In this document: in pieces, positions 40,105 to 50,720 of the stretch
How the letters are laid out: the number at the start of each line of letters is the position of its first letter
Position numbering within the stretch: the first letter of the stretch is position 1
The notes under the pieces: model-generated
Database searches by the model: none
Told to the model about the DNA's origin: nothing
Seen by the model: only the letters and a program-made list of their open reading frames with translations
Assembly (NCBI GenBank): GCA_964486045.1
Contig: CAZALK010000005.1
Span: forward strand, 1-64,000
Direction of reading: 5' to 3'
DNA length: 64,000 nucleotides
DNA from: an uncultured archaeon
GTDB lineage: Archaea; Asgardarchaeota; Lokiarchaeia; Sigyniarchaeales; SOKP01
Made by a program: the position numbers and the translations under genes

Positions 40105-40785
40105 ATGGCAATTTTAAAATCTCAAGTTTTTGGCCGCAGTTTAATTGGAGTATACCTTTCTGCTAACAACGCCTACGTTCTTTATCCACCTACCTTATTA
40201 AAGCCATCACTTATTAAGTATAAAAATATTTTTAAAGAACCTTTTTATCCCACGACAATTCATGGTTCTAATCTCTTAGGAATATATACAGCATCAAATA
40301 AATTTGGGATAATTGTCCCTCACATCATTAAAGATGATGAATATGAGAAATTAAATGAAATTTTTAAGGAAGAAAATAACTCTCCTCGAATAGGTGTCCT
40401 GAAATCTATTGATAATGCATATGGTAATTTGATTCTTTGTAATGATAAAGGAGCTATAATTAGTTCACTATTAAAAGATTTTAAAAGGGAAATTGAGGAT
40501 ATATTAAGTGTTGAAACTGTTGTTTTTGAATTTGCTAATAGTTATCTTCCCGGTTCAATTTCACTAGCAAATAATAATGGTTGTTTAGTACACCCTTTAT
40601 CTACAGATGATGAAATAGAATTTATATCGTCTATATTAAAAGTGGATGAAGCTGATGTCTCCACTATTAATCGTGGAGTGCCTTATCTCAGTTCAGGGGC
40701 GATAGTAAGTGATGAAAGTGGGATTTTTGGTGTGAATTGCACAGGACCTGAATTGATGAGAATCACGAGCGTATTACAGTTATAA
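40105..40785 (+). CDS. eif6: Translation initiation factor aIF6
   Basis: IGVY, GNLILCNDKGA, GCLVHP and TINRG motifs. Confidence 0.95.
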   Translation: MAILKSQVFGRSLIGVYLSANNAYVLYPPTLLKPSLIKYKNIFKEPFYPTTIHGSNLLGIYTASNKFGIIVPHIIKDDEYEKLNEIFKEENNSPRIGVLKSIDNAYGNLILCNDKGAIISSLLKDFKREIEDILSVETVVFEFANSYLPGSISLANNNGCLVHPLSTDDEIEFISSILKVDEADVSTINRGVPYLSSGAIVSDESGIFGVNCTGPELMRITSVLQL

Positions 40786-40879
40786 TGCTTCGGAAAAAGT
40801 ATTTGTAAAAAGCAAAATTTAATATTTTTCAAAGTATTAGTCTTTTTTATAAACATAGAAATAATGGATCTAAGTAGCA

Positions 40880-41107
40880 TTGTCAGATATTAAAATTTAT
40901 AGAATCATTGGTAATTACCAAAAAAAATTCAAGAAATATTTATTTCGAAAAGAAGTTCGAGCTTTGAAAGAGGAAGATGCTCTTGAAAAAGTTCTATGCC
41001 GTATTACTTCTATTGGAATTTTACGTCGCCAAATTAATATTCAAGAGATCAAAGAAATAACTTTAGAAGAATCTCAAGATTATTTAATAAGGGAATTATC
41101 AAATTAA
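40880..41107 (+). CDS. rpl18a: 50S ribosomal protein L18Ae/LX
   Basis: KIYRIIG...FRKEVRALKEEDALEK...RRQINI; operon position. Confidence 0.9.
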   Translation: MSDIKIYRIIGNYQKKFKKYLFRKEVRALKEEDALEKVLCRITSIGILRRQINIQEIKEITLEESQDYLIRELSN

Positions 41108-41134
41108 ATAAAAATTTAAGTTGAGTAGATAGAA

Positions 41135-41548
41135 ATGAAATCTCAAAATTATCAAGATCAATTACAAATGTTCAGCTACTTGAAACAGCAAAGAGACATA
41201 TATCAGGGGCAATTGGAATATGTTAATGCAATCATCGCAAACTATATTAATACCAAGAAAACACTTGAAAATTTAAAAGAAGGAGTTAACGTAGGTGACG
41301 AAATCTTAGTGCCTTTAGGCGGCATCGCAAATATCAAAGCAACTATTAAAGACACCGAAAAAATTTTAGTAGCAGTAACCCAAGATGTGATAATAGAGAA
41401 AGATCTTGATAGTGCAATCGAGTTTCTTGAGAAACGGATAGAGCAGCATAATAAAGAATTACAGTTCATTAGAACTCAATTACAGAATTTTGAAGTGAAT
41501 ATGCAGAAAACCTCTCAACAACTTCAACAAGGGTATCAACGACAGTAA
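41135..41548 (+). CDS. pfdA: Prefoldin alpha subunit
   Basis: Coiled coils flanking EILVPLGG...ILVAV. Confidence 0.92.
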   Translation: MKSQNYQDQLQMFSYLKQQRDIYQGQLEYVNAIIANYINTKKTLENLKEGVNVGDEILVPLGGIANIKATIKDTEKILVAVTQDVIIEKDLDSAIEFLEKRIEQHNKELQFIRTQLQNFEVNMQKTSQQLQQGYQRQ

Positions 41549-41613
41549 ATTAACTTAACTATTGTAATTTTAATAAACTTGTTTGTTTAATTCTAATTTT
41601 TGTGGAGAACCGC

Positions 41614-42513
41614 ATGCTTGAAAAACTAAAAAATGTGTTTTCAACTTTTGTCAATAAAACATTAACTGAGAAAAAGATAGATGAGGCTATAAGCGATTTA
41701 AGAATTCTACTCATTAGTAATGACGTTGCAGTTGATACTGTTGATGAAATTTGCAAAAAAATTATAGATTCCTATAAAGACCACCAGATAAATCGATTAA
41801 CTTCAACAAAAAAAATGATGATGGATATATTAAATGAGATAATCGTAGAAATCTTAACCCCTAAAGAAAATATTGATATAATTAAGGAAATCAAAAAGAA
41901 AAATTCCCAGAATTTACCCTTCGTAATGGTCTTTCTCGGTATTAATGGGACAGGTAAAACTACAACTATTGCTAAAGTGGCTAATTTTCTTAAGAATCAG
42001 AATATAACTTCAGTTGCAGCTGCTTCAGATACTTTTCGAGCTGGTGCTATTGAACAATTAACCAAACACATGGAAAATATCGGAATAAAAGTCATAAAAC
42101 ATGGGTACCAATCCGATCCTGCTTCAGTAGCCTACGATGCAATTGAACATGCAAAAGCAAAGAACATAGATGTAGTCTTGGTAGATACAGCTGGAAGGCA
42201 AGTAGTGAATAAAAACTTAATGATTGAAATGCAAAAAATCTGTAGGGTGGCACAACCCGACTTAATTATATTCGTTGGTGATAGTCTTGCTGGTAACGAT
42301 GTTCTTAATCAAGCGAGAGAGTTTAAGAGGAGTGTGGGGATTGACGCGAATATCTTAACTAAATTTGATGCCGATGCTAAAGGAGGTGCTGCTTTATCAA
42401 TTTCTTATGAAACCGGAAAGCCAATCATTTTCTTGGGAGTTGGTCAAGGATATGATGATTTGAAATCATTTGATAAAGATATATTTATTTCTAATATTCT
42501 TAATTTCAATTAG
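41614..42513 (+). CDS. ftsY: Signal recognition particle receptor FtsY
   Basis: GINGTGKTTT, DTFRAGA, DTAGR, TKFD and AKGG motifs. Confidence 0.97.
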   Translation: MLEKLKNVFSTFVNKTLTEKKIDEAISDLRILLISNDVAVDTVDEICKKIIDSYKDHQINRLTSTKKMMMDILNEIIVEILTPKENIDIIKEIKKKNSQNLPFVMVFLGINGTGKTTTIAKVANFLKNQNITSVAAASDTFRAGAIEQLTKHMENIGIKVIKHGYQSDPASVAYDAIEHAKAKNIDVVLVDTAGRQVVNKNLMIEMQKICRVAQPDLIIFVGDSLAGNDVLNQAREFKRSVGIDANILTKFDADAKGGAALSISYETGKPIIFLGVGQGYDDLKSFDKDIFISNILNFN

Positions 42514-42574
42514 AATATTAATTCATAGTTTTCTTGAGGGATAACTTAAAATATCTTCCTTAATTAAATTTAAT

Positions 42575-42820
42575 GTGTCTGAAATACGTTATCCGAAGTA
42601 TGAAAAGTATTCTAAACATGATCGACAAAAAAAACCGGGTATTTTCGCTAGAATCGGTTTTTTCTTCAGAAATGCAAAAAGGATTTTAAAATTAGCTAAT
42701 AAGCCAAATCGGAAAGATTATTTTACTGTTTTTAAAATATGTGCAATTGGCATTGTTATTTTAGGAGCACTATCATATGTTATCCAATTAATATTTGCTG
42801 TAATTCCACTTGGCTCGTAA
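42575..42820 (+). CDS. secE: Protein translocase subunit SecE/Sec61-gamma
   Basis: RILKLANKP..KDY plus C-terminal TM helix. Confidence 0.92.
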   Translation: MSEIRYPKYEKYSKHDRQKKPGIFARIGFFFRNAKRILKLANKPNRKDYFTVFKICAIGIVILGALSYVIQLIFAVIPLGS

Positions 42821-42964
42821 CCCGTACTTTTTTAAGAGAAAGGTAATTTTTTTTCTAGGTGTAAAACACATTTATATGTTCTGGAATATTCAGTTCTTCT
42901 TTATTATCCAATTGATCTTTTCTGTAGCATTACCTATAGGTTAACAATACATTATTATTTTTCT

Positions 42965-44149
42965 TTAAATATAAAACACGACTATACTGTCTGGAACTAC
43001 TAGTTCCTCTTCCTTATTTTTACAGGCAATGAACTTTATTTTCATTTTTATAGAGAGAGAGAGTAACCGTTTTGTTAAAATGCCATCAATAATTAAATAA
43101 TGAGTATCTTTAAACGTCTTAATCTTTCCAAAAATTTCACCAACAGGTAAATCGAATAGCTTATCAAAATTTTTATTTAAGCCGATACTATGACCTCTTT
43201 CGATACCATTTATAATCTCCGTAATTTTAGAATCATCTTTTACTTTCATTTTTTTTAAGAATTTCTGAAGAGTACTTCCCTTACTGTTGTATCCTCGTTC
43301 TTCTCCTTCTCCATTTTTGAAATTTTTCATTTGTTTTGGAGGTCTTTTATTTTGTAAAGCTTTCACCATTTGTTTTCTTGTCAATTCCTCAACTTCAAAA
43401 CCATCAGGAGCTCTAGCAACATAATCTATTTTTATTAATTGCATTAATTCATTTAATATAATGGTTCCACCTCGATCCCCATCTAAAAAACAGGTCACGA
43501 TCTTTTTCTTTTTTGCTAAATTAGTTACTGATTTTGGTATCTGAGTTCCTTGTACAGCAATACTATTTTTAATACCGATACGTAGTAAATTAAGGACATC
43601 CGCTCGTCCTTCCACAATAATGAGATCTTGATTACTATCCACTTCAGGACCGGCTGGGATTTTGTCGCGACCCCAAGATATGATTTCTCCAAGTTTAATG
43701 TCAGTGTCTAGCTGTTCTTCAATTTCACTTTGCTCCAATGATTTCTGATCCCATTCTTTTAAAAGTTCAGCAGCTCTCTCTATAATTTTCTGACGTTTTG
43801 TTTCTCGAACATCACGAATTTCAATGAGAGAGATTTCAGCCTCGCAAGGACCGACTCTCGATACAGTTTCCACTGTAGCTGCTAATAGTGCCGTCTCCTT
43901 TCTAGTTAAAGAAGATGGAATCTTAATGAAACCTTCTGACACCCCCTCTTTAGATTCAGTTTCAACTTCTATTCTCCCTATTCTTCCTGATTTTTGAAGA
44001 TCTCTTAAATCTAAATCTAAAAGAAGGCCCTCAGTTTGTCCAAAAATAGCCCCCACAATATCACTCTTCTCCACCACGCCCTTTATAGTAAATTTTACTT
44101 CAATTATATATTTAGTTGTAAAATCTGATTGAGAATTAATCCTTATCAC
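42965..44149 (-). CDS. dnaG: Archaeal DnaG-type primase (exosome-associated)
   Basis: DIVGAIFGQTEGLL, GRIGRI, IIVEGRADV and FLDGDRGG motifs. Confidence 0.97.
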   Translation of the reverse strand: MIRINSQSDFTTKYIIEVKFTIKGVVEKSDIVGAIFGQTEGLLLDLDLRDLQKSGRIGRIEVETESKEGVSEGFIKIPSSLTRKETALLAATVETVSRVGPCEAEISLIEIRDVRETKRQKIIERAAELLKEWDQKSLEQSEIEEQLDTDIKLGEIISWGRDKIPAGPEVDSNQDLIIVEGRADVLNLLRIGIKNSIAVQGTQIPKSVTNLAKKKKIVTCFLDGDRGGTIILNELMQLIKIDYVARAPDGFEVEELTRKQMVKALQNKRPPKQMKNFKNGEGEERGYNSKGSTLQKFLKKMKVKDDSKITEIINGIERGHSIGLNKNFDKLFDLPVGEIFGKIKTFKDTHYLIIDGILTKRLLSLSIKMKIKFIACKNKEEELVVPDSIVVFYI

Positions 44150-44293
44150 TTCCTGTTTTATTTATTTTTTCGTTTGTCTATTTGATTTTTTATTTTCAAT
44201 AAATCAAAATTTTTAGTAAACTTATAAAACAGAAGTACTATCGGACTCTATGAGAAATAATTAGCGCTGATTAGAAAATTCTAGCAGAGTTTT

Positions 44294-44354
44294 GAACCTA
44301 ATGTCTATTATAGAAACCTAATGATATTATTAAGCTTGATTTATGAACCTACTT
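44294..44354. promoter_or_regulatory. Three direct repeats RAACCTAmT upstream of dnaG
   Basis: gaacctaatg (44294), aaacctaatg (44314), gaacctactt (44345). Confidence 0.4.
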
Positions 44355-44720
44355 CTTAAGTCTTATTATAAGTCTGACTAATTATATTTTTTAATTTACT
44401 GAACTGATTATAATTCTAATTATTTACTGGTTTGATTTGCTATTTTGATAATTTAATTTATTCTTTTATAAAATTTGATAAATATTCTAATTTGATTAAT
44501 AAATGTAAAGTGTTAATCTAATTATTTAATCTGTTTAATTTATAATAAATGATATTTATAATTTGAAATATTATATATACTCATAAAATCGTACAGTGTA
44601 TTTATTTTTTGTTAAATAAAAGAGTTTTAAAACCAATATTTAAAATATTTGGTTAGTTTTTTATGTCATATTTGTTTTTGTAATATAAAACTAAGCAAAT
44701 AGTTAAGGAGAATTAACGAA

Positions 44721-45749
44721 TTGGAGAAAATAATTGTTCTAGGAGGAAAAGGGGGTGTTGGAAAAAGCACCATTAGTTCAGCTACAGCTTTAGTTTTAGC
44801 AGATCTTCTTCCTGAGAAGAAAATCCTTCTAATATCCTTTGATATGGCTCATAATATAAGTGATTTATTTAAGGAAAAAATTGGGAATAAATTGACCCCA
44901 ATAACTAATAATCTTTGGTGTATCGAACCAGATCCAAATATCTATGCTGAAGAATACACAAAAAATTTAGTGGAAAAAATAAAGACTCTGATGAACCAAA
45001 TGCCTGTTGTAGGGATGATACCTCAAATCAGACAATTTATAGATACAACTTTCACATCTGATTCAATCCCTCTTGCTCTTAAAAATGCAATGTTTTTCCA
45101 AAAGATTTTAGATGCTGAAGATGAAAATGTGGATTCTATTAAATTTGATATAATCATTGCTGATTTTCCTCCAACAGCAAATATGATAGCATTGTTTGAG
45201 ATCCCAGAAGATCAAGTAAAGGTTGTTTTAAAATATTCACTTAATTTTTATAACTCAATTAGAGGTGCTATTAGAAAATTCTCAAAAGTTTTAAGAAATA
45301 TTATAAAACCCTTTGATGATCATGAAAAACGAAGAGAATTGGGAAAGGAAATTTTCAATATGATTGTAGATCTAGAAAAACGAGGTGAAAGAATCACGGA
45401 ATTAATTCACGAAATTGGATCACTTCGACTTGTTACAATTGCTGAAAAACCAAGTTTTGAAGAAATTAAAAGAGCGCGGGACTTAACAGAAAAGTATATT
45501 ACCCTCGAAGCTGTTCATATAAACTTGTTAATTCCTGGAGAACATGTCAAAACATGTGATTTTTGCGGTAAAATCCATGCTCTCCAACAAATTTATCGTG
45601 ATCAAATTGTTAACGAATTTAAGAATCTTAAGCTTTGGGAATCACGAAAGCTTAAGGAAGAACCTATTGGCCTTGATGGATTAAGGAAACTTGCTTATGA
45701 AATTTATGGAAAAGTAAATGTTGAAAAAATACTAAATCCAAAATTTTAA
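44721..45749 (+). CDS. ArsA/GET3-family ATPase
   Basis: GKGGVGKST, DMAHNISD, DFPPT, CDFC and EPIGL motifs. Confidence 0.9.
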   Translation: MEKIIVLGGKGGVGKSTISSATALVLADLLPEKKILLISFDMAHNISDLFKEKIGNKLTPITNNLWCIEPDPNIYAEEYTKNLVEKIKTLMNQMPVVGMIPQIRQFIDTTFTSDSIPLALKNAMFFQKILDAEDENVDSIKFDIIIADFPPTANMIALFEIPEDQVKVVLKYSLNFYNSIRGAIRKFSKVLRNIIKPFDDHEKRRELGKEIFNMIVDLEKRGERITELIHEIGSLRLVTIAEKPSFEEIKRARDLTEKYITLEAVHINLLIPGEHVKTCDFCGKIHALQQIYRDQIVNEFKNLKLWESRKLKEEPIGLDGLRKLAYEIYGKVNVEKILNPKF

Positions 45750-45761
45750 AAATCCTAGGTT

Positions 45762-46715
45762 TCATTTACTAAGTTCTAAAGACAATTCATATATCTTTGA
45801 AGAAACCTTACTATAAATTGCTCTTAATACAATCTCAAAAGCTTTATTCTCAATGATGTGGGGAATTCCTAAATTCTCTAAAGTCTCTATTATTTTTCCG
45901 GGTTTTTTAAAGTTAAAACCAATATTATCCTGATTTATTCCTAATTTTTTTTTTTCCTCTGATAATTCTTGAACAGATATTTTTGGAACATTAAATACAA
46001 ACTCATCAATATTCTCTTTAGTAGAAACTTCTTCTGAAGCATTTTTGCCATTTGCTGATCGAATTAAGCTTAAATCGTTAAGAATCTCATGCTTAGTTTT
46101 ACCTCGTAATTCTAATAATAAAAAAGGGTTATAATCTATTACCCGAGCTAGATATAAAATTACTGCAGCTATATGTTTGCATGGAATTGCTGTATCAGGG
46201 CAAGAACAAGTGGCATTTAAACCTTTTAATGCATCCGGAAACAATGAATATTCACTCTCATCAAATATTGTTATTACATTTTCCGGTAAAATACCATCTA
46301 ATAATTCAACAAGATTGATTATTTTATTTGTGATGCGTTTTAGAATCAGTTCCCAGCCCTCTTCTAGAATAGTTTCGAATTTAATTTTCACTCGATATGG
46401 AGTGGGAGCAGTTCCTTGTACTGTTGCAAAGATTTGACCCGTAGTAATTGAAAAATTATCTATTCGTCTTTCATCTTTAACATAGTCAATACCTCTTTGC
46501 ATTCTGAAAGGACGCCCAATTTTTAAATTTGATTTAATCCATTTTTTTCCCCATGAGGTTTTAGCAAAATTTGTAAGTTCTCTTTTGATTTGGTCAACTT
46601 CTTCACTAGTACGTTTTTTTTCAAGTTCGGTTTTTTTTTGGGGAATGCCTAACTTTTTCCGTTTATGTTTTCGACTATCCATAAATATCTTTTTTCGATT
46701 ATTCATTTTTGTCAA
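45762..46715 (-). CDS. SWIM zinc-finger protein
   Basis: CSCPD...PCKHIAAV; WGKKW; paired with SNF2. Confidence 0.92.
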   Translation of the reverse strand: MTKMNNRKKIFMDSRKHKRKKLGIPQKKTELEKKRTSEEVDQIKRELTNFAKTSWGKKWIKSNLKIGRPFRMQRGIDYVKDERRIDNFSITTGQIFATVQGTAPTPYRVKIKFETILEEGWELILKRITNKIINLVELLDGILPENVITIFDESEYSLFPDALKGLNATCSCPDTAIPCKHIAAVILYLARVIDYNPFLLLELRGKTKHEILNDLSLIRSANGKNASEEVSTKENIDEFVFNVPKISVQELSEEKKKLGINQDNIGFNFKKPGKIIETLENLGIPHIIENKAFEIVLRAIYSKVSSKIYELSLELSK

Positions 46716-46724
46716 AGTAATTAA

Positions 46725-49700
46725 TTAATTAGTTAATTGTAATAATTCTCTTAATTTTTTATCATTTAAATCAGAAATCCAAGATTCTCCAGTAGATTGG
46801 ATAATTTTATCAGTTAATTCTAGCTTTTCCAACAACAAAAAGTCGATTTTCTCTTCAATGGTTCCATTAGTAATGAATTTATATACATTTACTGCGGATT
46901 TTTGACCTATTCTATAGGCTCTATCAGTGGCTTGGTTTTCAACTGCTGGATTCCACCATCTATCAAAGTGAATAACCGTTGTTCCTTGGGTTAGATTTAA
47001 ACCAGTTCCCCCAGCTTTTAAGGATAAAATTAATATTGGGGGACTCTCTAAATCGTCTAATTGAAACTCATCAACAATTTCTCTTCTCTTTTTTTCCGGT
47101 ATACCCCCGTGAAAATATAATATCTTGAAATCATACTTAAATTCCAAAATTTTTAACAAAATATTTCCCATTTGAGTAAATTGGGTAAAAATCAAGGCTT
47201 TTTCTCCATTTGAGATAACTTCTTCAGTCATTTCGAGCAATCTCTCCAATTTGTGTGATTGTGAAATAATTTCTTTCATTTTTAACCCATCTTTTATAGA
47301 TGTCATTTCAATTTTAAGATATTGATAAGGATGATTACAAATTTGCTTTAATTTGACTATTAATCCTAAAATCAACCCCCGCTTCTTCCTTTTATCAGAA
47401 GATTCATCTTCAATCTCTTTCAAGGTTTTTTCTACAAGTTCTTGATATAATTTTACTTGGGTTTTGCTTAATTCGATGAGGATTTTCATTTCATTTTTTT
47501 CAGGCAAATCTTTTATTATAGTCTTGTCTGATTTGAGGCGACGCATGATAAAAGGAGCAGTAATTACCTTTAATTTATCAATAACTTCTTGATTTTGAAA
47601 TCGTTCAATTGGTAAGATATACTCATTTTGAAACTCCACTTTGCTTCCTAAAAGACCCGGATTTAAAAAGTTAAAAAGTGACCATAGCTCTAGTAATCGA
47701 TTTTCTATTGGAGTACCACTTAAACAGATTTTATATTGACTTTTTAATTTGTCTATTGCTTGTGTTTGTTTAGAAGCGTAATTTTTCATATTTTGACTCT
47801 CATCGATGATAATTCCACTAAAATCAATTGTTTCTAGAAAGTCAATATCATTTCTTATTGTTCCATAAGATGTTAGAAAAATTCGATGTGGTTTTAAAAA
47901 TTCTGGAATTTTAAAGACTTCTTTTATGCGTTTAGTTCCATGATGAATTATTATTTCTAAATCAGGGGCGAATTTTTTAAACTCTCGGTGCCAATTAAAT
48001 AGTATTGAAGTAGGACAGACAATTAAAACACCTCCGGGATTATTTGGGTATGTTTCTTTGAGATAGAGCAAAAAGGCTATAATTTGAATTGTTTTCCCAA
48101 GTCCCATATCATCAGCCAAACATAATCCAAAATTGAATTTTGTCATGTTTACCATCCACGTAAGTGCCGTTTGTTGATAAGGACGTAATTTGCCGTTAAA
48201 TGATGATGGGCAAGGAATTTGTTCAAAAACATCTATTGATTGAATTCTCTCAATAATTCCTTTTAATTCTCCCTCAACTAGTACATCATATTCATTTCCA
48301 TTTTCTCGAAGTTGAATTTTTCCAGTCAATCCAAGTTTTAGAGCATCCATGTAACTTTTCGTTTCAGATTCTTTAATATTTTTTAAATCTTCTACATCTT
48401 GTTGATCAACTAAAATCCATTTTCCTCTTACATTAATCAAAGATTCCTTAGAGTTAATCAAATTATTAAGTTCTTCTTCCATAAGTTTCTTTCCTTCAAG
48501 TCCAATCTCCCATTTATATTCTAGCATCGAATTAAAGTTAAATATTGATGGTAAAACCGAAGATTTCCCTCTTTTTATCTCTTTATGATCTTTTGAACGA
48601 ATGATTAATCTGGCAGATAAACGTTGTCTTCCACCTCTTATAAATACTTCAGGAAGAACGATGTTATACCCACTTTGAATTAATAAATCTTTTGGGTATT
48701 TTAAAAAATCTAACACCTCGCTTGTTGTGAGATTAATTTTGTGTTGAATTTTTTCTAAAAAAACTCTTTTAATAGGTGGAAATATTTTTGATGCTGCACT
48801 CAATGCTCTTAGAATTATTTCTATAAAATGTTCGTCGTCGTCAAAAAGTTTTAGAAATTCTTTTTGTTTTATTTCGTTTCCTTTCCAGAGGTCATTTAAA
48901 GGGATCGTTATAGCACCATCTTGTAATGACAGATAAAATAATAAAATCCAATCATCTTCCGGCTTTTTTGGATATTGTAATTCTATGTTAAAGGCAAATT
49001 CGTGTTTAAGTGTAAATCCTTGAGCAGATTGAGTCCAATTTTTAATTAAGGTAGGTAAAATTGTTTCAGAAAATTCTTCTACATTAAACTTAGGATCTTC
49101 TCTGATAAGAGCTTTAAGAAATTTATAATCCCATCCCAATTTAAAATCTAAATCTTGCTCCTTTTTAATTTCAGAACTATAAAATTCTTTAAAAGTTTGA
49201 AATTTACTTTTGCTTAGAGTAGAACGGATTAAAGAATCTCCAACATTATTTAAGAAGATTGAAAAAATATAGGATGGGTGCCAAAGACCATTTGATTTAA
49301 TCTTTCCATTTTCACGTAAAAAATTTATAGGAAGACAAAAAGAAGGCCAAGAACTAGTACTTAATATTGTTTTAAAACGATATCGATCATTCTGGGATTT
49401 TAGTAATAAGTGCCATTGACCAATATACCTGTTAGCTGTTATTGATTCTAATGCAGGAACGAATTGACCTTTATTTAATAATTCAAATATTAATTTCGTA
49501 AGAAAAGCCCATGTTATAATAGAATTACTAAAATGTGTCAGACTTCGATCTAAGCTTTCCATTATTTCCAATTGGTATAATAATTTCACTGCAGGTGTTA
49601 TAGGTATAATTTTTCCTATGTGAATCAATATTTTAAAAAATTTTCCGGAAGATACTTTGTTTGTTGTAGATTCTGATAAGTGAAAAGGAACAGCAAGGTT

Positions 49701-49922
49701 AATATTGCAAGTTAAAAGTTTTTTTGCTGGAATTGTTGGAAACTTCTGTTTAATATATTCAATTAGTTTTTCTTCTGATTTATTTGATGGAATCCACAAA
49801 ATGAAAAAATTAGAGTTTTTTGGAAGCTGCTTTCCCTCTGAGGTTAATTTAAATCTACTTAATGGTTCATTCCAATATTTTGACGGAATGTAGGTTAACT
49901 CTAGTTTACTAAGTTGTTTCAT
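46725..49922 (-). CDS. SNF2-family DEAD/DEAH helicase
   Basis: LRPYQ, LADDMGLGKT, DESQ, SGTPIEN and DRWWNPAVENQATDRAYRIGQ motifs. Confidence 0.97.
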   Translation of the reverse strand: MKQLSKLELTYIPSKYWNEPLSRFKLTSEGKQLPKNSNFFILWIPSNKSEEKLIEYIKQKFPTIPAKKLLTCNINLAVPFHLSESTTNKVSSGKFFKILIHIGKIIPITPAVKLLYQLEIMESLDRSLTHFSNSIITWAFLTKLIFELLNKGQFVPALESITANRYIGQWHLLLKSQNDRYRFKTILSTSSWPSFCLPINFLRENGKIKSNGLWHPSYIFSIFLNNVGDSLIRSTLSKSKFQTFKEFYSSEIKKEQDLDFKLGWDYKFLKALIREDPKFNVEEFSETILPTLIKNWTQSAQGFTLKHEFAFNIELQYPKKPEDDWILLFYLSLQDGAITIPLNDLWKGNEIKQKEFLKLFDDDEHFIEIILRALSAASKIFPPIKRVFLEKIQHKINLTTSEVLDFLKYPKDLLIQSGYNIVLPEVFIRGGRQRLSARLIIRSKDHKEIKRGKSSVLPSIFNFNSMLEYKWEIGLEGKKLMEEELNNLINSKESLINVRGKWILVDQQDVEDLKNIKESETKSYMDALKLGLTGKIQLRENGNEYDVLVEGELKGIIERIQSIDVFEQIPCPSSFNGKLRPYQQTALTWMVNMTKFNFGLCLADDMGLGKTIQIIAFLLYLKETYPNNPGGVLIVCPTSILFNWHREFKKFAPDLEIIIHHGTKRIKEVFKIPEFLKPHRIFLTSYGTIRNDIDFLETIDFSGIIIDESQNMKNYASKQTQAIDKLKSQYKICLSGTPIENRLLELWSLFNFLNPGLLGSKVEFQNEYILPIERFQNQEVIDKLKVITAPFIMRRLKSDKTIIKDLPEKNEMKILIELSKTQVKLYQELVEKTLKEIEDESSDKRKKRGLILGLIVKLKQICNHPYQYLKIEMTSIKDGLKMKEIISQSHKLERLLEMTEEVISNGEKALIFTQFTQMGNILLKILEFKYDFKILYFHGGIPEKKRREIVDEFQLDDLESPPILILSLKAGGTGLNLTQGTTVIHFDRWWNPAVENQATDRAYRIGQKSAVNVYKFITNGTIEEKIDFLLLEKLELTDKIIQSTGESWISDLNDKKLRELLQLTN

Positions 49923-50138
49923 ATATCAACAAAACTCCAAATTGAGGAGATGTTAGCTATTAATTTTACATAAAAGAATTCTATACGGTAAAATAATCAA
50001 AAAATCTGTACACTTATATTTATAGTTCGATGTAGTTAATGTAAAATCAGTTTAAAATATATATAATTTACCTTCAAAATAAGATAATACTCCCTAATAC
50101 CCCAAAAAAAGATTTATAAATTATTTTGATAAAATCTG

Positions 50139-50627
50139 TTAATGTAATCTTATTGATTTGATCATTCGTTTTATAACAGATGTGAAATTCTTTTCATATT
50201 TTTGAAGGCAAGTTCAGGATAACATAATTACGGTCAGATCTATTATCGTCCAACGGTTGTATGTCAATAATTCTTGATTTTCTTCATTATATTCATAACA
50301 ATATTCCCTTGCTGGAATGTCAAATAAAATCGCATTTGAGAGCGGAATATTTACTTCCGTAGGAGATTTTTCACCCTTTAAATTACTCAATACTCTCATG
50401 GAATAAGATTGTAACAATTCTGGGGAGGGCTCTAAGTCTTTAATTATAATTACATATAACAATTCTCTAAGTGAAAAATCCTCATTTTTTGGTGGAGAGA
50501 GAAAAGTTATAAGAGTCTCCTCGCCTTGTTTTTCTGTAACGCTCCATTTGCTAGGATAATCGATTTGAAAAGAGAAATTACGGTTTTTCGATGTATTAAT
50601 GGAAATGATAGCTTTTTGATACTTCAT
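50139..50627 (-). pseudogene. PsbP/DcrB-like protein interrupted by an in-frame TGA at 50214-50216
   Basis: FSFQIDYPSKW start; frame continues past TGA as TCLQKYEKNFTSVIKRMIKSIRLH*. Confidence 0.65.
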
Positions 50628-50720
50628 GATATAAAATCGTATGTTTAGTCAATATTTGAAAAGATCCTTAATCATATCTGTCTTTTCATGAAAAGATGAA
50701 AAAAAAAAATTATAAAACTA

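Noticed and set aside
45762-49922. SWIM plus SNF2 pair as a novel system
   Set aside because: Well-known conserved gene pair in bacteria and archaea
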